Below are positions 7,344 through 16,652 of a stretch of 35,783 bases of DNA, in pieces. Positions within the stretch are counted from its first letter, which is position 1; every line of letters begins with the position of its first letter. Made by a program: the position numbers and the translations under genes. The stretch is from a virus (lineage: Duplodnaviria; Caudoviricetes): positions 1 to 35,783 of IMG/VR virus record IMGVR_UViG_3300002986_000008. The stretch is one strand, 5' to 3'. The notes below the pieces were generated by a model. The model worked only from the letters and a program-made list of their open reading frames with translations, was not told the DNA's origin and did not search any database.

Positions 7344-7913
7344 ATGAGTATGAACTGGCTTGACGAAGCAGAGATTGACGAGTTAAACGAAGCGCTTGCA
7401 ACACCAACATCCGTTGAAGTAGCTACACGTTTCCAGATAAACGACCTTTCTTCTCTTAATTGGACATTGCGAAAACTAAAAGCTGTAGAAAAGAGTTACA
7501 ACGAGGACAAGGCTCTATGGGACGAGGAAATGGCGAGGTTGACATCGTGGTTCAATAAGCAAGCCGAGGGGCACAACAGCACCACAGAGTTTCTAGAGGG
7601 ACTAATTAGGGAGTACGCCAACCGGCAGAGAACAGAGGACTCCAAGTGGAAAGGTAGCAAAACGCCTTATGGATCGATCGGATTCAGAAAACAATCCAAG
7701 TGGGATTATGGGGACGAGGAAGCATTGGTTAGTTACTTAGAGAAAGATTATGGTTTTCTTGTCAAGGTAGAAAAAACACCAATGAAAGCAGAGATCAAAA
7801 AAGACTTTGCCTGTGTGGATGGTAAGGCGGTAAACAAATTAACAGGTGAGATTATACCAGGGGTAACGATTAACGAGCTAGACCCTGCAGTGACAATTAA
7901 GTTGGGGGTGTGA
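7344..7913 (+). CDS. Mu Gam-like host-nuclease inhibitor
   Basis: FQINDLSSLNWTLRKL, coiled coil, KTPYGSIGFRK; next to ERF recombinase. Confidence 0.75.
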   Translation: MSMNWLDEAEIDELNEALATPTSVEVATRFQINDLSSLNWTLRKLKAVEKSYNEDKALWDEEMARLTSWFNKQAEGHNSTTEFLEGLIREYANRQRTEDSKWKGSKTPYGSIGFRKQSKWDYGDEEALVSYLEKDYGFLVKVEKTPMKAEIKKDFACVDGKAVNKLTGEIIPGVTINELDPAVTIKLGV

Positions 7914-7915
7914 GC

Positions 7916-8053
7916 ATGGCATACTGCAAAAACATTGACTGTGAATATAACGATGATGGCCTTACGTGTGAATACGAGAAACCATTATCCCTAGATGATA
8001 ATGGAGTGTGTGAGAATTTCAGATATAAAACAGAGGGGAATGATGAAGGGTGA
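7916..8053 (+). CDS. Small Cys-rich protein (45 aa)
   Basis: MAYCKNIDCEYN...GVCENF; overlaps start of next gene. Confidence 0.55.
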   Translation: MAYCKNIDCEYNDDGLTCEYEKPLSLDDNGVCENFRYKTEGNDEG

Positions 8054-8775
8054 ACATATATCAAAAGTTGATTGAGGTTCGGAAGTCGGTCCCATATCTC
8101 CAAAAGGAATCAAAGAGCTTTCAATACGCTTATGTCGGCAGCTCGCAAGTCTTAGGCGCCTTGAAACTTAAGATGGATGAATTACAGCTATTGCTCATTC
8201 CGAGAGTGACAGGCCACAAAGTAACTGAGTCAACAGTCGAGCAATACGAGAAGGACACAAATAATGTCACTAAACGCACTACAACGTACTTTACAGAGCT
8301 AGACATGACAATGACGTGGGTTAATGCGGAGAATCCAGAGGAAATGATTGAATGCCCTTGGTATGGTCAGGGAGTGGATACCGCAGGAGAGAAAGGCCCA
8401 GGAAAAGCCATGACGTATGCTGAAAAGTACTTCATGCTCAAATTCTTCAATATCCCAACGGACAAAGACGATCCCGATTCATTCCAAGCAAAGCACGATG
8501 ATAGACCCACGGCAGTAAAGCCAACGCCAGCACAAGTTAGTAGCGCAGTAAAGGAAAACACAACGACAATAACCGCGCAACAAAATGAACCTATCCAATC
8601 CGGTACGCCATTAAAATCAGAAACTAAACCCCCTACAGGGACTACGGCTAGCGGAAAATGTTCTGGATGTAGCAACACAATCAATGAAAATGTAGAAAAA
8701 TTCTCAGTGAAGAGATTTGGTAAAGCATTATGTATGCCATGCCAGAACAAACGGCAACAGATAGGAGCAAAATAA
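8050..8775 (+). CDS. ERF-family ssDNA annealing recombinase
   Basis: MNIYQKL..., GEKGPGKAMTYAEKYFMLKFFNIPTDKDDPD ERF motif; C-terminal zinc finger. Confidence 0.88.
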   Translation: MNIYQKLIEVRKSVPYLQKESKSFQYAYVGSSQVLGALKLKMDELQLLLIPRVTGHKVTESTVEQYEKDTNNVTKRTTTYFTELDMTMTWVNAENPEEMIECPWYGQGVDTAGEKGPGKAMTYAEKYFMLKFFNIPTDKDDPDSFQAKHDDRPTAVKPTPAQVSSAVKENTTTITAQQNEPIQSGTPLKSETKPPTGTTASGKCSGCSNTINENVEKFSVKRFGKALCMPCQNKRQQIGAK

Positions 8776-8940
8776 ATGGACAAATGTGGACAGTGCTGTC
8801 ACTGGATGATAAAGAGAGAGTGCCCGAAGGAAGCCAATGGTATTTTTGTGAATGCTGGAATGTGGGCTTGTGTTGAATATTTAGAACAGCCTTGGTTTAC
8901 TAAATTGAAATCAGAAAGAGGGCAGTTGAATGCTGAATAG
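8776..8940 (+). CDS. Small Cys-rich protein (54 aa)
   Basis: [10 protein letters not shown]..., RBS GGAG, fills gap between ERF and SSB genes. Confidence 0.5.
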   Translation: MDKCGQCCHWMIKRECPKEANGIFVNAGMWACVEYLEQPWFTKLKSERGQLNAE

Positions 8941-9322
8941 AGTCGTTTTGATAGGCCGCCTGGTTAAAGATCCTGAGCTTCGCTACACCCCTTCGGGGGT
9001 GGCAGTGGTCAACTTCACCCTAGCAGTAGAACGCAACTTCAAGAACGCACAAGGCGAGAAAGAAGCAGACTTCTTTGCGTGTGTAGTTTATAAGCAACTG
9101 GCCGAACTAGTAAACAACTATCTTGAAAAAGGCAAGCTCGCTTCAATAGATGGCCGAATTCAGATCAGAACATACAACGATAAGGATGGCCAAAAGCATT
9201 GGGTTACTGAAATAATCGGAGAGAATGTTCAATTTCTTAGTCCTAAGAATGAGGAACAACAACATAACAACAACTCAACAGGTACCGTTGCCAATGTAGG
9301 AGATCCAGACATCCCCTTCTAA
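8930..9322 (+). CDS. ssb: Single-stranded DNA-binding protein
   Basis: [20 protein letters not shown]...DIPF. Confidence 0.96.
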   Translation: MLNRVVLIGRLVKDPELRYTPSGVAVVNFTLAVERNFKNAQGEKEADFFACVVYKQLAELVNNYLEKGKLASIDGRIQIRTYNDKDGQKHWVTEIIGENVQFLSPKNEEQQHNNNSTGTVANVGDPDIPF

Positions 9323-9352
9323 ATCAATAACGCATGGGGTATAGGAGGTATT

Positions 9353-9460
9353 ATGAAATCAAAACTCTACACCATTAGGAGCCCTTATGTTTATTTGTTC
9401 AGGCTATATGTAAATGGTAGGAGGGCATTTCTAGTTCGTCATTTATGGGATCTTAGATAA
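9353..9460 (+). CDS. 35-aa ORF flanked by 13-bp direct repeats
   Basis: RBS AGGAGGT; AACGCATGGGGTA at 9329 and 9460. Confidence 0.5.
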   Translation: MKSKLYTIRSPYVYLFRLYVNGRRAFLVRHLWDLR

Positions 9461-9512
9461 ACGCATGGGGTAGAGTAATCCTTTACCCCAACTTAAATAA
9501 GGGGTTGAGCTT

Positions 9513-9656
9513 GTGCTTATCACTTTCAGATCAACTTGCTCATGTGGAAATAAGATTGAAGGAGCATTCTTCGAGGGTGACATTACAGAGAGATTGCACT
9601 GCAGCGTATGCGGATTAGTCTGGCACATTATGAGACCGACGAGAGAAGGGGAGTGA
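9513..9656 (+). CDS. Small zinc-finger protein (47 aa)
   Basis: GTG start after AAGGGG; TCSCG...CSVCG. Confidence 0.5.
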   Translation: MLITFRSTCSCGNKIEGAFFEGDITERLHCSVCGLVWHIMRPTREGE

Positions 9657-9660
9657 TCTT

Positions 9661-9948
9661 ATGAGAATCGGCATTAACAGTCTATACGTGATTACATCGG
9701 ATGCCGACAACTACACAGTATCAACCAAAGGGACGTACAAGAGCGATCAGAAGGTCGTAGATGGAAAAGAGGGCGCAAAGGCAGGGGATGAGCTTCTAAA
9801 GGCAGTAGGCTATGTCCACACGCTTGAGCAAGCATTCAGATTCCTTTTGCAACGTCAGATCAGAGAATCAAGCGCATCGGGTTTTAAGCAGGTTCTTGAG
9901 GAAGTTGAGCGCATCGAGAAAGAGCTTAAATTAGCAATAGCTATCTAA
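9661..9948 (+). CDS. Hypothetical phage protein
   Basis: RBS GGAGTGA; 95 aa. Confidence 0.65.
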   Translation: MRIGINSLYVITSDADNYTVSTKGTYKSDQKVVDGKEGAKAGDELLKAVGYVHTLEQAFRFLLQRQIRESSASGFKQVLEEVERIEKELKLAIAI

Positions 9949-10071
9949 TCTTAGGGAGTGGTAACACTGGGGTAAGTGCGTAGGATTTAGGGTAAATGGA
10001 CGGACCTTGGAAGGGTAAAGCGCTTTGCTCTCCCTTCCAGCCATTGGAAGAACATAAAAGGAGTTGTGTTT

Positions 10072-10386
10072 ATGAAAACAGGTTTTGTATATGCGCGGGA
10101 AAACTCACAACGAAAGTTCAGGAGAGTTTCAAACGGTGTCGAGTACGCCTTTTCTTCCGATGGAGTGTTGCGCGATCAACTTGGAGTTCCAGTTATGGGA
10201 GCATCCATGGATGAGGATTGGGTATTAGTCCGTGAACCAATTCCGTGGCAGGACGCCTTGGAATTTTGGGTAAAAGGCATAACCGTCACTCGCGAACTAG
10301 GTGGCACCAATTGCTCCTTTACGGAGCACACTTCATTTATGGTATCGAGGAATGAGTTAATTAATGGTAAATGGTATATCGAATAA
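10072..10386 (+). CDS. Hypothetical protein
   Basis: RBS AAAGGAG; ends GKWYIE. Confidence 0.6.
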   Translation: MKTGFVYARENSQRKFRRVSNGVEYAFSSDGVLRDQLGVPVMGASMDEDWVLVREPIPWQDALEFWVKGITVTRELGGTNCSFTEHTSFMVSRNELINGKWYIE

Positions 10387-10411
10387 AAAAAGAGCCGGGT
10401 TCAATCCCGGC
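10385..10411 (-). terminator. Terminator for leftward RHH gene
   Basis: GCCGGG/CCCGGC stem with T-run on minus strand. Confidence 0.65.
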
Positions 10412-10592
10412 CTATCTCATTCTTCTTCTCCCAATATGCCTTTAATCCAAGATCAACAAGATCCCGAATAGCTTCCGTGTTCGGAGGTATAGTTCCAACA
10501 TCCTTGCGATATTCAATAATCGCCAAGAGTTGAGAAGGTCGCAGCAATGCGTGAACGCTTTTAAAGTTTTCATCCGGGTTATCTTTACTCAT
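10401..10592 (-). CDS. Ribbon-helix-helix-like regulator
   Basis: ATG 10592 after AGGAG; TEAIRDLVDLGL helix; own promoter TTGACC-17-TATTAT (10640-10612). Confidence 0.65.
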   Translation of the reverse strand: MSKDNPDENFKSVHALLRPSQLLAIIEYRKDVGTIPPNTEAIRDLVDLGLKAYWEKKNEIGRD

Positions 10593-11020
10593 ATTATCAT
10601 CTCCTAAATCAATAATACCAGACAATCATAGCATGGTCAAATTGAGCATATAATTTCCCTTGTTCTATATGTACATAATGGACATACTGTGATATAATAC
10701 TTATATAGGAAATAAGCCCCATTCAAACGAAAGGAGCTGATCGATGGAAATTACATAAACAATGATTTGGCGTACTCCCAGTTCATCAATATTACCAGTA
10801 TTGATAAGCCGAGAACACGCCGAAGACCGAAAAACTTTGTTCCACCACAGAACACACTTTAGCTATTTCAGTAGCTAAGGAAAACGTACCCTACATGGGT
10901 TTATTTGTTGACGTCTTCTTGTTATTTATAATACAACAACATGTACAACATAGTCAATAGGCACAACATAAAAAATGTAAATAAATATAAAAGTTATGAA
11001 AAAAGAGGAGGGGTTTTTGA

Positions 11021-11263
11021 ATGAAAGCTTTAGGAATAACCAGAAATGTAGATGGACTGGGACGAATCGTTATCCCGAAGGAAGTTAGGAAATCACTCGG
11101 TATCGTAGAGGGTACAGCGATGGAAATGCTGGCAGACGATAACGGAGTTTACATGCGGAGATATGTTGCAGGGTGTACGTTCTGCAATGGGATGGACAAG
11201 CTCGTTGAGTTCGGCGGCACAAGAGTCTGCAAGGATTGTGCTGTAATGATTTTGAACGATTAG
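11021..11263 (+). CDS. AbrB-like transition-state regulator with C-terminal Cys4 motif
   Basis: MKALGITRNVDGLGRIVIPKEVR; CTFC...CKDC as in clostridial AbrB. Confidence 0.88.
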   Translation: MKALGITRNVDGLGRIVIPKEVRKSLGIVEGTAMEMLADDNGVYMRRYVAGCTFCNGMDKLVEFGGTRVCKDCAVMILND

Positions 11264-11291
11264 AGCGGAAGAAGAAAGTTGAGGGCATGAA

Positions 11292-11447
11292 ATGTTCAAA
11301 GTAACAGCAATCGTTAATTTTGAAATGGAAGCTGGCAGAAACCCCGAATTTATATTTGAAACATTTAACAAGGTGGTAGCGTTTACAAAACTATGCCTTG
11401 AAAACGGATACGAAGTGACAATATCAGAAATAATTCCGGAAGGATAA
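11292..11447 (+). CDS. Hypothetical 51-aa protein
   Basis: MFKVTAIVNFEMEAG...; fills gap before replication gene. Confidence 0.5.
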   Translation: MFKVTAIVNFEMEAGRNPEFIFETFNKVVAFTKLCLENGYEVTISEIIPEG

Positions 11448-11459
11448 GGAAGGGCTGCT

Positions 11460-12251
11460 ATGGCTGGGTGGGTTAAACTCCATAGAAAGATCACAGATAA
11501 TCCTATTTTCAAGAAACCGGATATATACCAGTTATTCTCCTATTGCCTACTAAGAGCAAACCATAGTGAGACAAAAGTTATCTGGAATGGCGAAGAGGAA
11601 GTATTGGAAAAGGGATGTTTCATAACTGGAAGAAAATCAATCTCTGAGGATACTGGGCAGAATGAAAGTGCGATTTACAGAAATCTCAAAGTTCTTCAGA
11701 AGTTAAACATGATTTCCGTAAAATCGAACAACAAATATAGTGTCGTGAAGGTGCTAAACTACTGCGTTTATCAAGGTTATGAAACAGAAAGTGAACAACC
11801 AGCGAACAACCAGCGAACAACCAGCGAACAACCAGCGAACACAGACAAGAATGTTAAGAAGGATAAGAATGAAGAGAATGAAAAGAAAGATACTCCTTTA
11901 TCGTCAAACAAGTTTGCCGACGATGCAATTGAACTTTCCCTTGCTTGTGAACTTTATAATCTAATCCTTTTAAATAATCCTAATACCAAGAAGCCTAACC
12001 TTCAGACATGGGCAAAGCACATTGACTTAATGATGCGAAGGGACAAGAGAAGCGCAACGGATATTAAAAGGGTTATCCAGTGGTGCCAAAAAGACACCTT
12101 CTGGCATGTCAATATTTTATCAACCGAGAAGCTTAGAGAAAAGTACGATCAGCTCACTATGAAGATGAACACTCCTAAGCAAGGTGGTCAATCAGGGCAC
12201 CCAGTTAGCGCAAAGCCGAAGAACAACAAATACGATGAGTTTTATCTATAA
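11460..12251 (+). CDS. Phage replication initiator (lambda O/replisome-organiser-like)
   Basis: GWVKLHRKI N-terminus, winged helix, internal iterons, DTFWHVNILSTEKLREKYDQL C-terminal domain. Confidence 0.88.
   Translation: MAGWVKLHRKITDNPIFKKPDIYQLFSYCLLRANHSETKVIWNGEEEVLEKGCFITGRKSISEDTGQNESAIYRNLKVLQKLNMISVKSNNKYSVVKVLNYCVYQGYETESEQPANNQRTTSEQPANTDKNVKKDKNEENEKKDTPLSSNKFADDAIELSLACELYNLILLNNPNTKKPNLQTWAKHIDLMMRRDKRSATDIKRVIQWCQKDTFWHVNILSTEKLREKYDQLTMKMNTPKQGGQSGHPVSAKPKNNKYDEFYL
11793..11841 (+). repeat. Iterons, 4.5 x GAACAACCAGC (lytic replication origin)
   Basis: Perfect 11-bp tandem repeats inside initiator gene followed by A-rich tract. Confidence 0.85.
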
Positions 12252-12264
12252 GGAGGGACAAGCC

Positions 12265-12558
12265 ATGGCATTAGGAGTAACAGCTCGACACTTCATCAAA
12301 CAACGTCCAACTTTTAAAAATGCACTCACCCCGGAGCAATCTAAAATAATGGGATCATTCTTAAGGACTCTACTATGGGCGGGAGAAAAGGCCATAGATG
12401 CTGGTGTAAAGCCAAACATAGGCGCGTTTATAGATTGCTGGGCCGGACGGACAAAGAACCAAGAAGAGTGGAAAGCAGAAGCGGTATGGAGAGATAGAGA
12501 AAGGAGGGCTAAGCGTAATGGCAATAGACAACGCCAAAGCAACGGCAATGTGGTTTAA
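12265..12558 (+). CDS. Hypothetical protein
   Basis: ATG 12265 after AAGGAGG. Confidence 0.6.
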   Translation: MALGVTARHFIKQRPTFKNALTPEQSKIMGSFLRTLLWAGEKAIDAGVKPNIGAFIDCWAGRTKNQEEWKAEAVWRDRERRAKRNGNRQRQSNGNVV

Positions 12559-12721
12559 CGGCTCTCTGGACAAAGAAATCGCAGAGGAGTTTGGGTGTAA
12601 ACGCTGCACGGTGTCGAACTGGCGCAAGAAGAATGGCATGAGTTCGAACAGTGGCATTTTCAACTGGGACAAGTTGGGGTATGTAGATCCAGACAAGAAG
12701 GGGTGCAAGAAATATGCTTGA
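12518..12721 (+). CDS. Small HTH protein
   Basis: DKEIAEEFGCKRCTVSNWRKKNG. Confidence 0.7.
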   Translation: MAIDNAKATAMWFNGSLDKEIAEEFGCKRCTVSNWRKKNGMSSNSGIFNWDKLGYVDPDKKGCKKYA

Positions 12722-13220
12722 CTACTCGTTTTACGTCACTCCCCAAGAATACGAGATAGCGCAGCAGAACGGCATAAGTTACTCCAATGTGAATCATAGA
12801 ATACGCGAACATGGATGGCACAAGAAAAGGGCTATAACTGAACCGCCTCGCAAAAGAAGGGATTTGTCGGAGTGGAAAAAGATTGCTGAATCCAATGGGA
12901 TAGGTCTTCGGAACATGAAATCACGATTGCAAAGAGGATGGACCATAGAGGATGCCGCAACAAGACCATTGATTGATATGGAAACTCAAATACAGCAGAT
13001 GAAGCAAAATAATAGAAAGTATCCGAATGTGGACGAAGTATTAAAAGAGATCGGAATAACCTACGCAGCATTCACACAACGCATGAGAAACGGATGGACC
13101 CTAGAGGATGCTATGAGTATAAAAAAGATGACGAAATCGGAATCAGCACAAAAGGCAAAGGGAGAAAGTTATTGGAGCAAGGGGCCGAGTTTATTTGTTA
13201 AGAAAGCGGTGAAGGTATGA
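12714..13220 (+). CDS. Phage protein with three repeated helical motifs (PVL ORF50-like)
   Basis: Three GI......R...GW....A repeats. Confidence 0.65.
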   Translation: MLDYSFYVTPQEYEIAQQNGISYSNVNHRIREHGWHKKRAITEPPRKRRDLSEWKKIAESNGIGLRNMKSRLQRGWTIEDAATRPLIDMETQIQQMKQNNRKYPNVDEVLKEIGITYAAFTQRMRNGWTLEDAMSIKKMTKSESAQKAKGESYWSKGPSLFVKKAVKV

Positions 13221-13540
13221 AAAATCCCTACACAGAACGAATCATAGCGAGAGTCAACAAACAAACAGAAAAAGGAATAAAGAAGTACGGATCAGGCATG
13301 CAAGCCAATCCTCTGAACCTATCGATACTCGAAGTTTTAGAATATGCACTTGAAGAAACAGCCGATTGCATGGTGTATCTGGAAAAGGTTAAGGAGATGT
13401 TGGAGGAAGAAAAGGACAGGAAGGAGATGATCTCAAAATCCCCTCAGAGGGGCGAGAAGGTATCTGTAGGGCGTTCAACTGGCGAAGCTATAGATTTGTC
13501 TTACTTAAGGCATAGAACAGGCCTACAGCATGGTAAATAG
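13217..13540 (+). CDS. Hypothetical protein, possibly MazG-like all-alpha NTP pyrophosphohydrolase
   Basis: KGIKKYG...ALEETADCMVYLEK. Confidence 0.5.
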   Translation: MKNPYTERIIARVNKQTEKGIKKYGSGMQANPLNLSILEVLEYALEETADCMVYLEKVKEMLEEEKDRKEMISKSPQRGEKVSVGRSTGEAIDLSYLRHRTGLQHGK

Positions 13541-13880
13541 CAGAGATAAGGGAGCAAGAGGAGAACGCGAGTTTGCAGGACTGTGCAGGGAACTTGGATA
13601 TAGCCAAGTAAGAAGGGGTCAACAGTTCTCAGGGTTAGAGGGTGAAGATTGCGTGGGACTGCCCGGCATCCACATTGAGGTGAAGCGTGTGCAAGCCCTG
13701 AACATACAGAAAGCAATGGACCAAAGCAAAAGGGATGCCAAGGTTAAACAATTCCCCATTGTTGCGCATAGAAAAAACGACTGCGAGTGGCTCATAACAA
13801 TGCCAGCATTTGAGTGGTTCGAGATATACAGAGAATGGGAAGCAAACAGGGACATAAGTACCTTTAAAACACAACAATAA
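13530..13880 (+). CDS. Holliday junction resolvase-like PD-(D/E)XK nuclease
   Basis: NSRDKGARGERE...D...HIEVKR. Confidence 0.8.
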   Translation: MVNSRDKGARGEREFAGLCRELGYSQVRRGQQFSGLEGEDCVGLPGIHIEVKRVQALNIQKAMDQSKRDAKVKQFPIVAHRKNDCEWLITMPAFEWFEIYREWEANRDISTFKTQQ

Positions 13881-13899
13881 AACGCTAATTACCATTAGA

Positions 13900-14496
13900 T
13901 TGAATGCAAATAGAGGGGGTATTTATATCTCGCTTCAACGCAAAACCAAATATACAAAAAAGCAAAAGTCAGTATGCCACAAATTTCCAGATGCAGTACA
14001 GGCAACAAGGGAGCAGACAGAACAATTTTGGAATGAACTCAGTCTGCCTAAGATAAAGCCTGTGAACAGAAAACCGAAACCCAAGCATAAGGGATCGCAC
14101 AATGTGATCAAAGAAAGGCTCAAGGCAAACGCATATAAGCAAGCAGAGGAACGCGACGAAGGATACTGCCTTATATGTGGAGGTCTTGCTAATCAGCATC
14201 ACCATGTAATACGACAAAGCACCAGGTATGGACCAGAATACATTCAGCGCATGGAGAACGTTGTGTCAGTTTGCTCTATGTGCCACACAATGGGAGCAAG
14301 GCCTATCCATGATCCCAAGGGAAAGGGAGATAAGCAAACATACTTAGAGGAGTGGCAACAAAGATATTATCCAGAATATGTTGCGATGATGAGGGAGTTG
14401 GCTAAGGTGACAGGATGCAAGGATCAATGGTTAATCGACAGGTGGAATGATAAGTACAACAACTCAACAACAAAGCAACAGGAGGTAGCGAGATGA
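13900..14496 (+). CDS. HNH-family nuclease; start uncertain
   Basis: RDEGYCLICG..QHHHV...N..SVCSMCH. Confidence 0.75.
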   Translation: MNANRGGIYISLQRKTKYTKKQKSVCHKFPDAVQATREQTEQFWNELSLPKIKPVNRKPKPKHKGSHNVIKERLKANAYKQAEERDEGYCLICGGLANQHHHVIRQSTRYGPEYIQRMENVVSVCSMCHTMGARPIHDPKGKGDKQTYLEEWQQRYYPEYVAMMRELAKVTGCKDQWLIDRWNDKYNNSTTKQQEVAR

Positions 14497-15116
14497 CGAG
14501 AAGAGGGCTAGGAAATCATAGTGTACTTAATGATAAGGAAATTACGCGTCTTGCTAACGAACAAGATTTTATTAATCCCTTTACATCTAAGAACTTACGG
14601 GAAGATCCTAACCGCAAATGGGTAAAGGTTTTATCTTACGGAGTCTCAAGCTTCGGATACGATTTCACTCTAGCAGATGAAATATATCAGATGGATATAT
14701 CGAATGGTCAAATTATTGATGTTAAAGACTTCCGACTTGACCAAAACTGCAAACGCTTGCCTATCTTCTCAGATTACGACAAAGGTAAGTATGTGATTCT
14801 TCCCCCACACAGCTTCGTATTAGCACGTACCGTGGAATACGTTAAAATGCCGGAGGATGTCGTAGGTATTTGTTTTGACAAGAGTACCTACGCACGCATC
14901 GGTGGCGTAATGACAAACACGACGGTACTGGAACCAGGGTGGGAGGGAACTATTACTTTAGAGATCAGAAACACGCTGCCTGCTTTCTGTAGACTTTATG
15001 TAGGAGAAGGGATTATGCAGACTATATTTTTCAGGGGACATAGACCTGAAAAAACCTATGCCGATAAATCAGGTAAATATCAGGGCCAACGCACGGTAAC
15101 TGGGGCCAAGGTATAA
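14493..15116 (+). CDS. dcd: dCTP deaminase
   Basis: LSYGVSSFGYD, KSTYARIG, EPGWEGTITLE, YADKSGKYQGQ. Confidence 0.92.
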   Translation: MTRRGLGNHSVLNDKEITRLANEQDFINPFTSKNLREDPNRKWVKVLSYGVSSFGYDFTLADEIYQMDISNGQIIDVKDFRLDQNCKRLPIFSDYDKGKYVILPPHSFVLARTVEYVKMPEDVVGICFDKSTYARIGGVMTNTTVLEPGWEGTITLEIRNTLPAFCRLYVGEGIMQTIFFRGHRPEKTYADKSGKYQGQRTVTGAKV

Positions 15117-15147
15117 CTTCAAAAGCAATAAGAAAGGGGTATCTGAA

Positions 15148-15339
15148 ATGATAGCAGGCATAGCAATAGGGGGATTCATCGGGACAATAGTAGGTATGGG
15201 TATTATGTGCTTAATGGCAGTTAGTAAAGAGCCAATAATGCAACCTGTAGCAGACATACCGGGGAGTTGCACACCGGGTAATTGCTGGAAAAAATGTGAA
15301 GTGTGGAACGTGTGTGATGATAAATGGGTAAGATCATGA
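15148..15339 (+). CDS. Small membrane protein
   Basis: N-terminal TM (IAIGGFIGTIVGMGIMCLM), Cys-rich tail. Confidence 0.55.
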   Translation: MIAGIAIGGFIGTIVGMGIMCLMAVSKEPIMQPVADIPGSCTPGNCWKKCEVWNVCDDKWVRS

Positions 15340-15426
15340 CAGATGAAGAAGTGAAAAGACGCATTGAAATACTATGGCTACAGTATGTTCCTGCACCTGC
15401 GGTAGATGCAAAGAAAGGGGAATAGC

Positions 15427-15972
15427 ATGGACATAAAACAAGCAAGCGAACATTGCGAGCGGCTGATGATCAAAGATGCCCTTTCTAGCGCAATTGAACT
15501 TACTAAGCTAAACCTCGAAGGATATAGAGGGCAAAAGGAATATGTCGGCAATCTGATCGAGCAACAAGCCGGGATGTGCCAAGATGTTCAGAGTATGACG
15601 GTAGTGTATGGCGAGAAGATAGGGCATGGTTCAGCGCCAAGGCCAGCACCGGGCGAGATTTTAGCAGAAGATCCGGAGTATCAAGAGTTGAAGCATAAGC
15701 TCAAGGAAGCGAGAGGAACACTTGAGCGCATAGAAAGAATAACATCGTTACTGGCACCAACAGAGAAAAAGATAATAGAGCTAAGATACTTCGGATCAAA
15801 GCCTGAGCAATGGCAGATCATAGCGTGGAAGGTCGGGTATTCTGAAACACAGTGTAGGAGATTGCATGTTAAGGCGTTAAGGTTTGCGGCAGTGAGTATG
15901 TTCGGCATGGATGATGTATATAGAAAACATGGACGTTTTATGGACAACATTCCCAATAAAACCGTGATATAA
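15427..15972 (+). CDS. ArpU/RinA-like late transcription activator
   Basis: EKKIIELRYF...WQIIAWKVGYSETQCRRLHVKAL sigma-4-like HTH; upstream of packaging genes. Confidence 0.8.
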   Translation: MDIKQASEHCERLMIKDALSSAIELTKLNLEGYRGQKEYVGNLIEQQAGMCQDVQSMTVVYGEKIGHGSAPRPAPGEILAEDPEYQELKHKLKEARGTLERIERITSLLAPTEKKIIELRYFGSKPEQWQIIAWKVGYSETQCRRLHVKALRFAAVSMFGMDDVYRKHGRFMDNIPNKTVI

Positions 15973-16040
15973 TCAGAGTGTCAAGAGTTGCGGAGAAATA
16001 CCGTCGCCTTGACTCTCTCTATTTAAGAGGGGTGTACATA

Positions 16041-16379
16041 ATGGAATTAACGCAGATAAATAGAGAACTTTGGAACGCCGGGCAACAACTCAAGGGAGAT
16101 GCTAAATACCTTAAAGAGTTGGCACAAGATAAAGCGGAGTCAGAGCGCAAATACAAAAAAGCTCTTGCCAAAAAGATAATGAGATTGAAGGATGAAAAGT
16201 ATCCGGCAACGCTCATTAATGATCTTGCAAGGGGTGACGATGAAGTAGCAGACCTTCGCTATTACAGGGACTTAGCGAGAGTGCAATATGATACAGCTAA
16301 ATCATGTATGAGGTCAGCAGAGGTACAGGTGAGCGCGATACAAAGCATATTAAGATATTCAGCAGACATCAACAAGTAA
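16041..16379 (+). CDS. Coiled-coil phage protein
   Basis: ATG 16041 after GAGGGGTG. Confidence 0.65.
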   Translation: MELTQINRELWNAGQQLKGDAKYLKELAQDKAESERKYKKALAKKIMRLKDEKYPATLINDLARGDDEVADLRYYRDLARVQYDTAKSCMRSAEVQVSAIQSILRYSADINK

Positions 16380-16400
16380 GACACCAACCGTAAGGACAAT

Positions 16401-16637
16401 ATGGGGGTGGATATCATGCCAGCTAAGGACACAAGGAGTTGCAAGGAATGGAAACCAGCACCAGGCTATGAGGGATATGATAAAGTACCTTGTGCAGCAT
16501 GTCATAATTGGGATAAGACAAAGTGCAGGGATATAAACGGAGTTAAACTGAGGGCGATGGAGTACGAGAACACACCAAACTTCGATACGTTCAACCGCAT
16601 GATGAGCGACAACAGATACGGCAATGTAACGGGATAA
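16401..16637 (+). CDS. Hypothetical Cys-containing protein
   Basis: 78-aa ORF, CAACHNW. Confidence 0.55.
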   Translation: MGVDIMPAKDTRSCKEWKPAPGYEGYDKVPCAACHNWDKTKCRDINGVKLRAMEYENTPNFDTFNRMMSDNRYGNVTG

Positions 16638-16652
16638 AAGGGGGCGCACTTA

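Noticed and set aside
9448-9456. GGATCTTAG identical to the terL insert context
   Set aside because: A single 9-mer match in 36 kb is expected by chance and flanks do not extend convincingly
10394-10411. GGGTTCAATCCC as tRNA T-arm
   Set aside because: No D-arm or acceptor stem; with the T-run on the minus strand it is better explained as a terminator
11793-11841. Tandem repeats as CRISPR array
   Set aside because: 11-bp head-to-tail repeats without spacers inside the initiator gene: iterons
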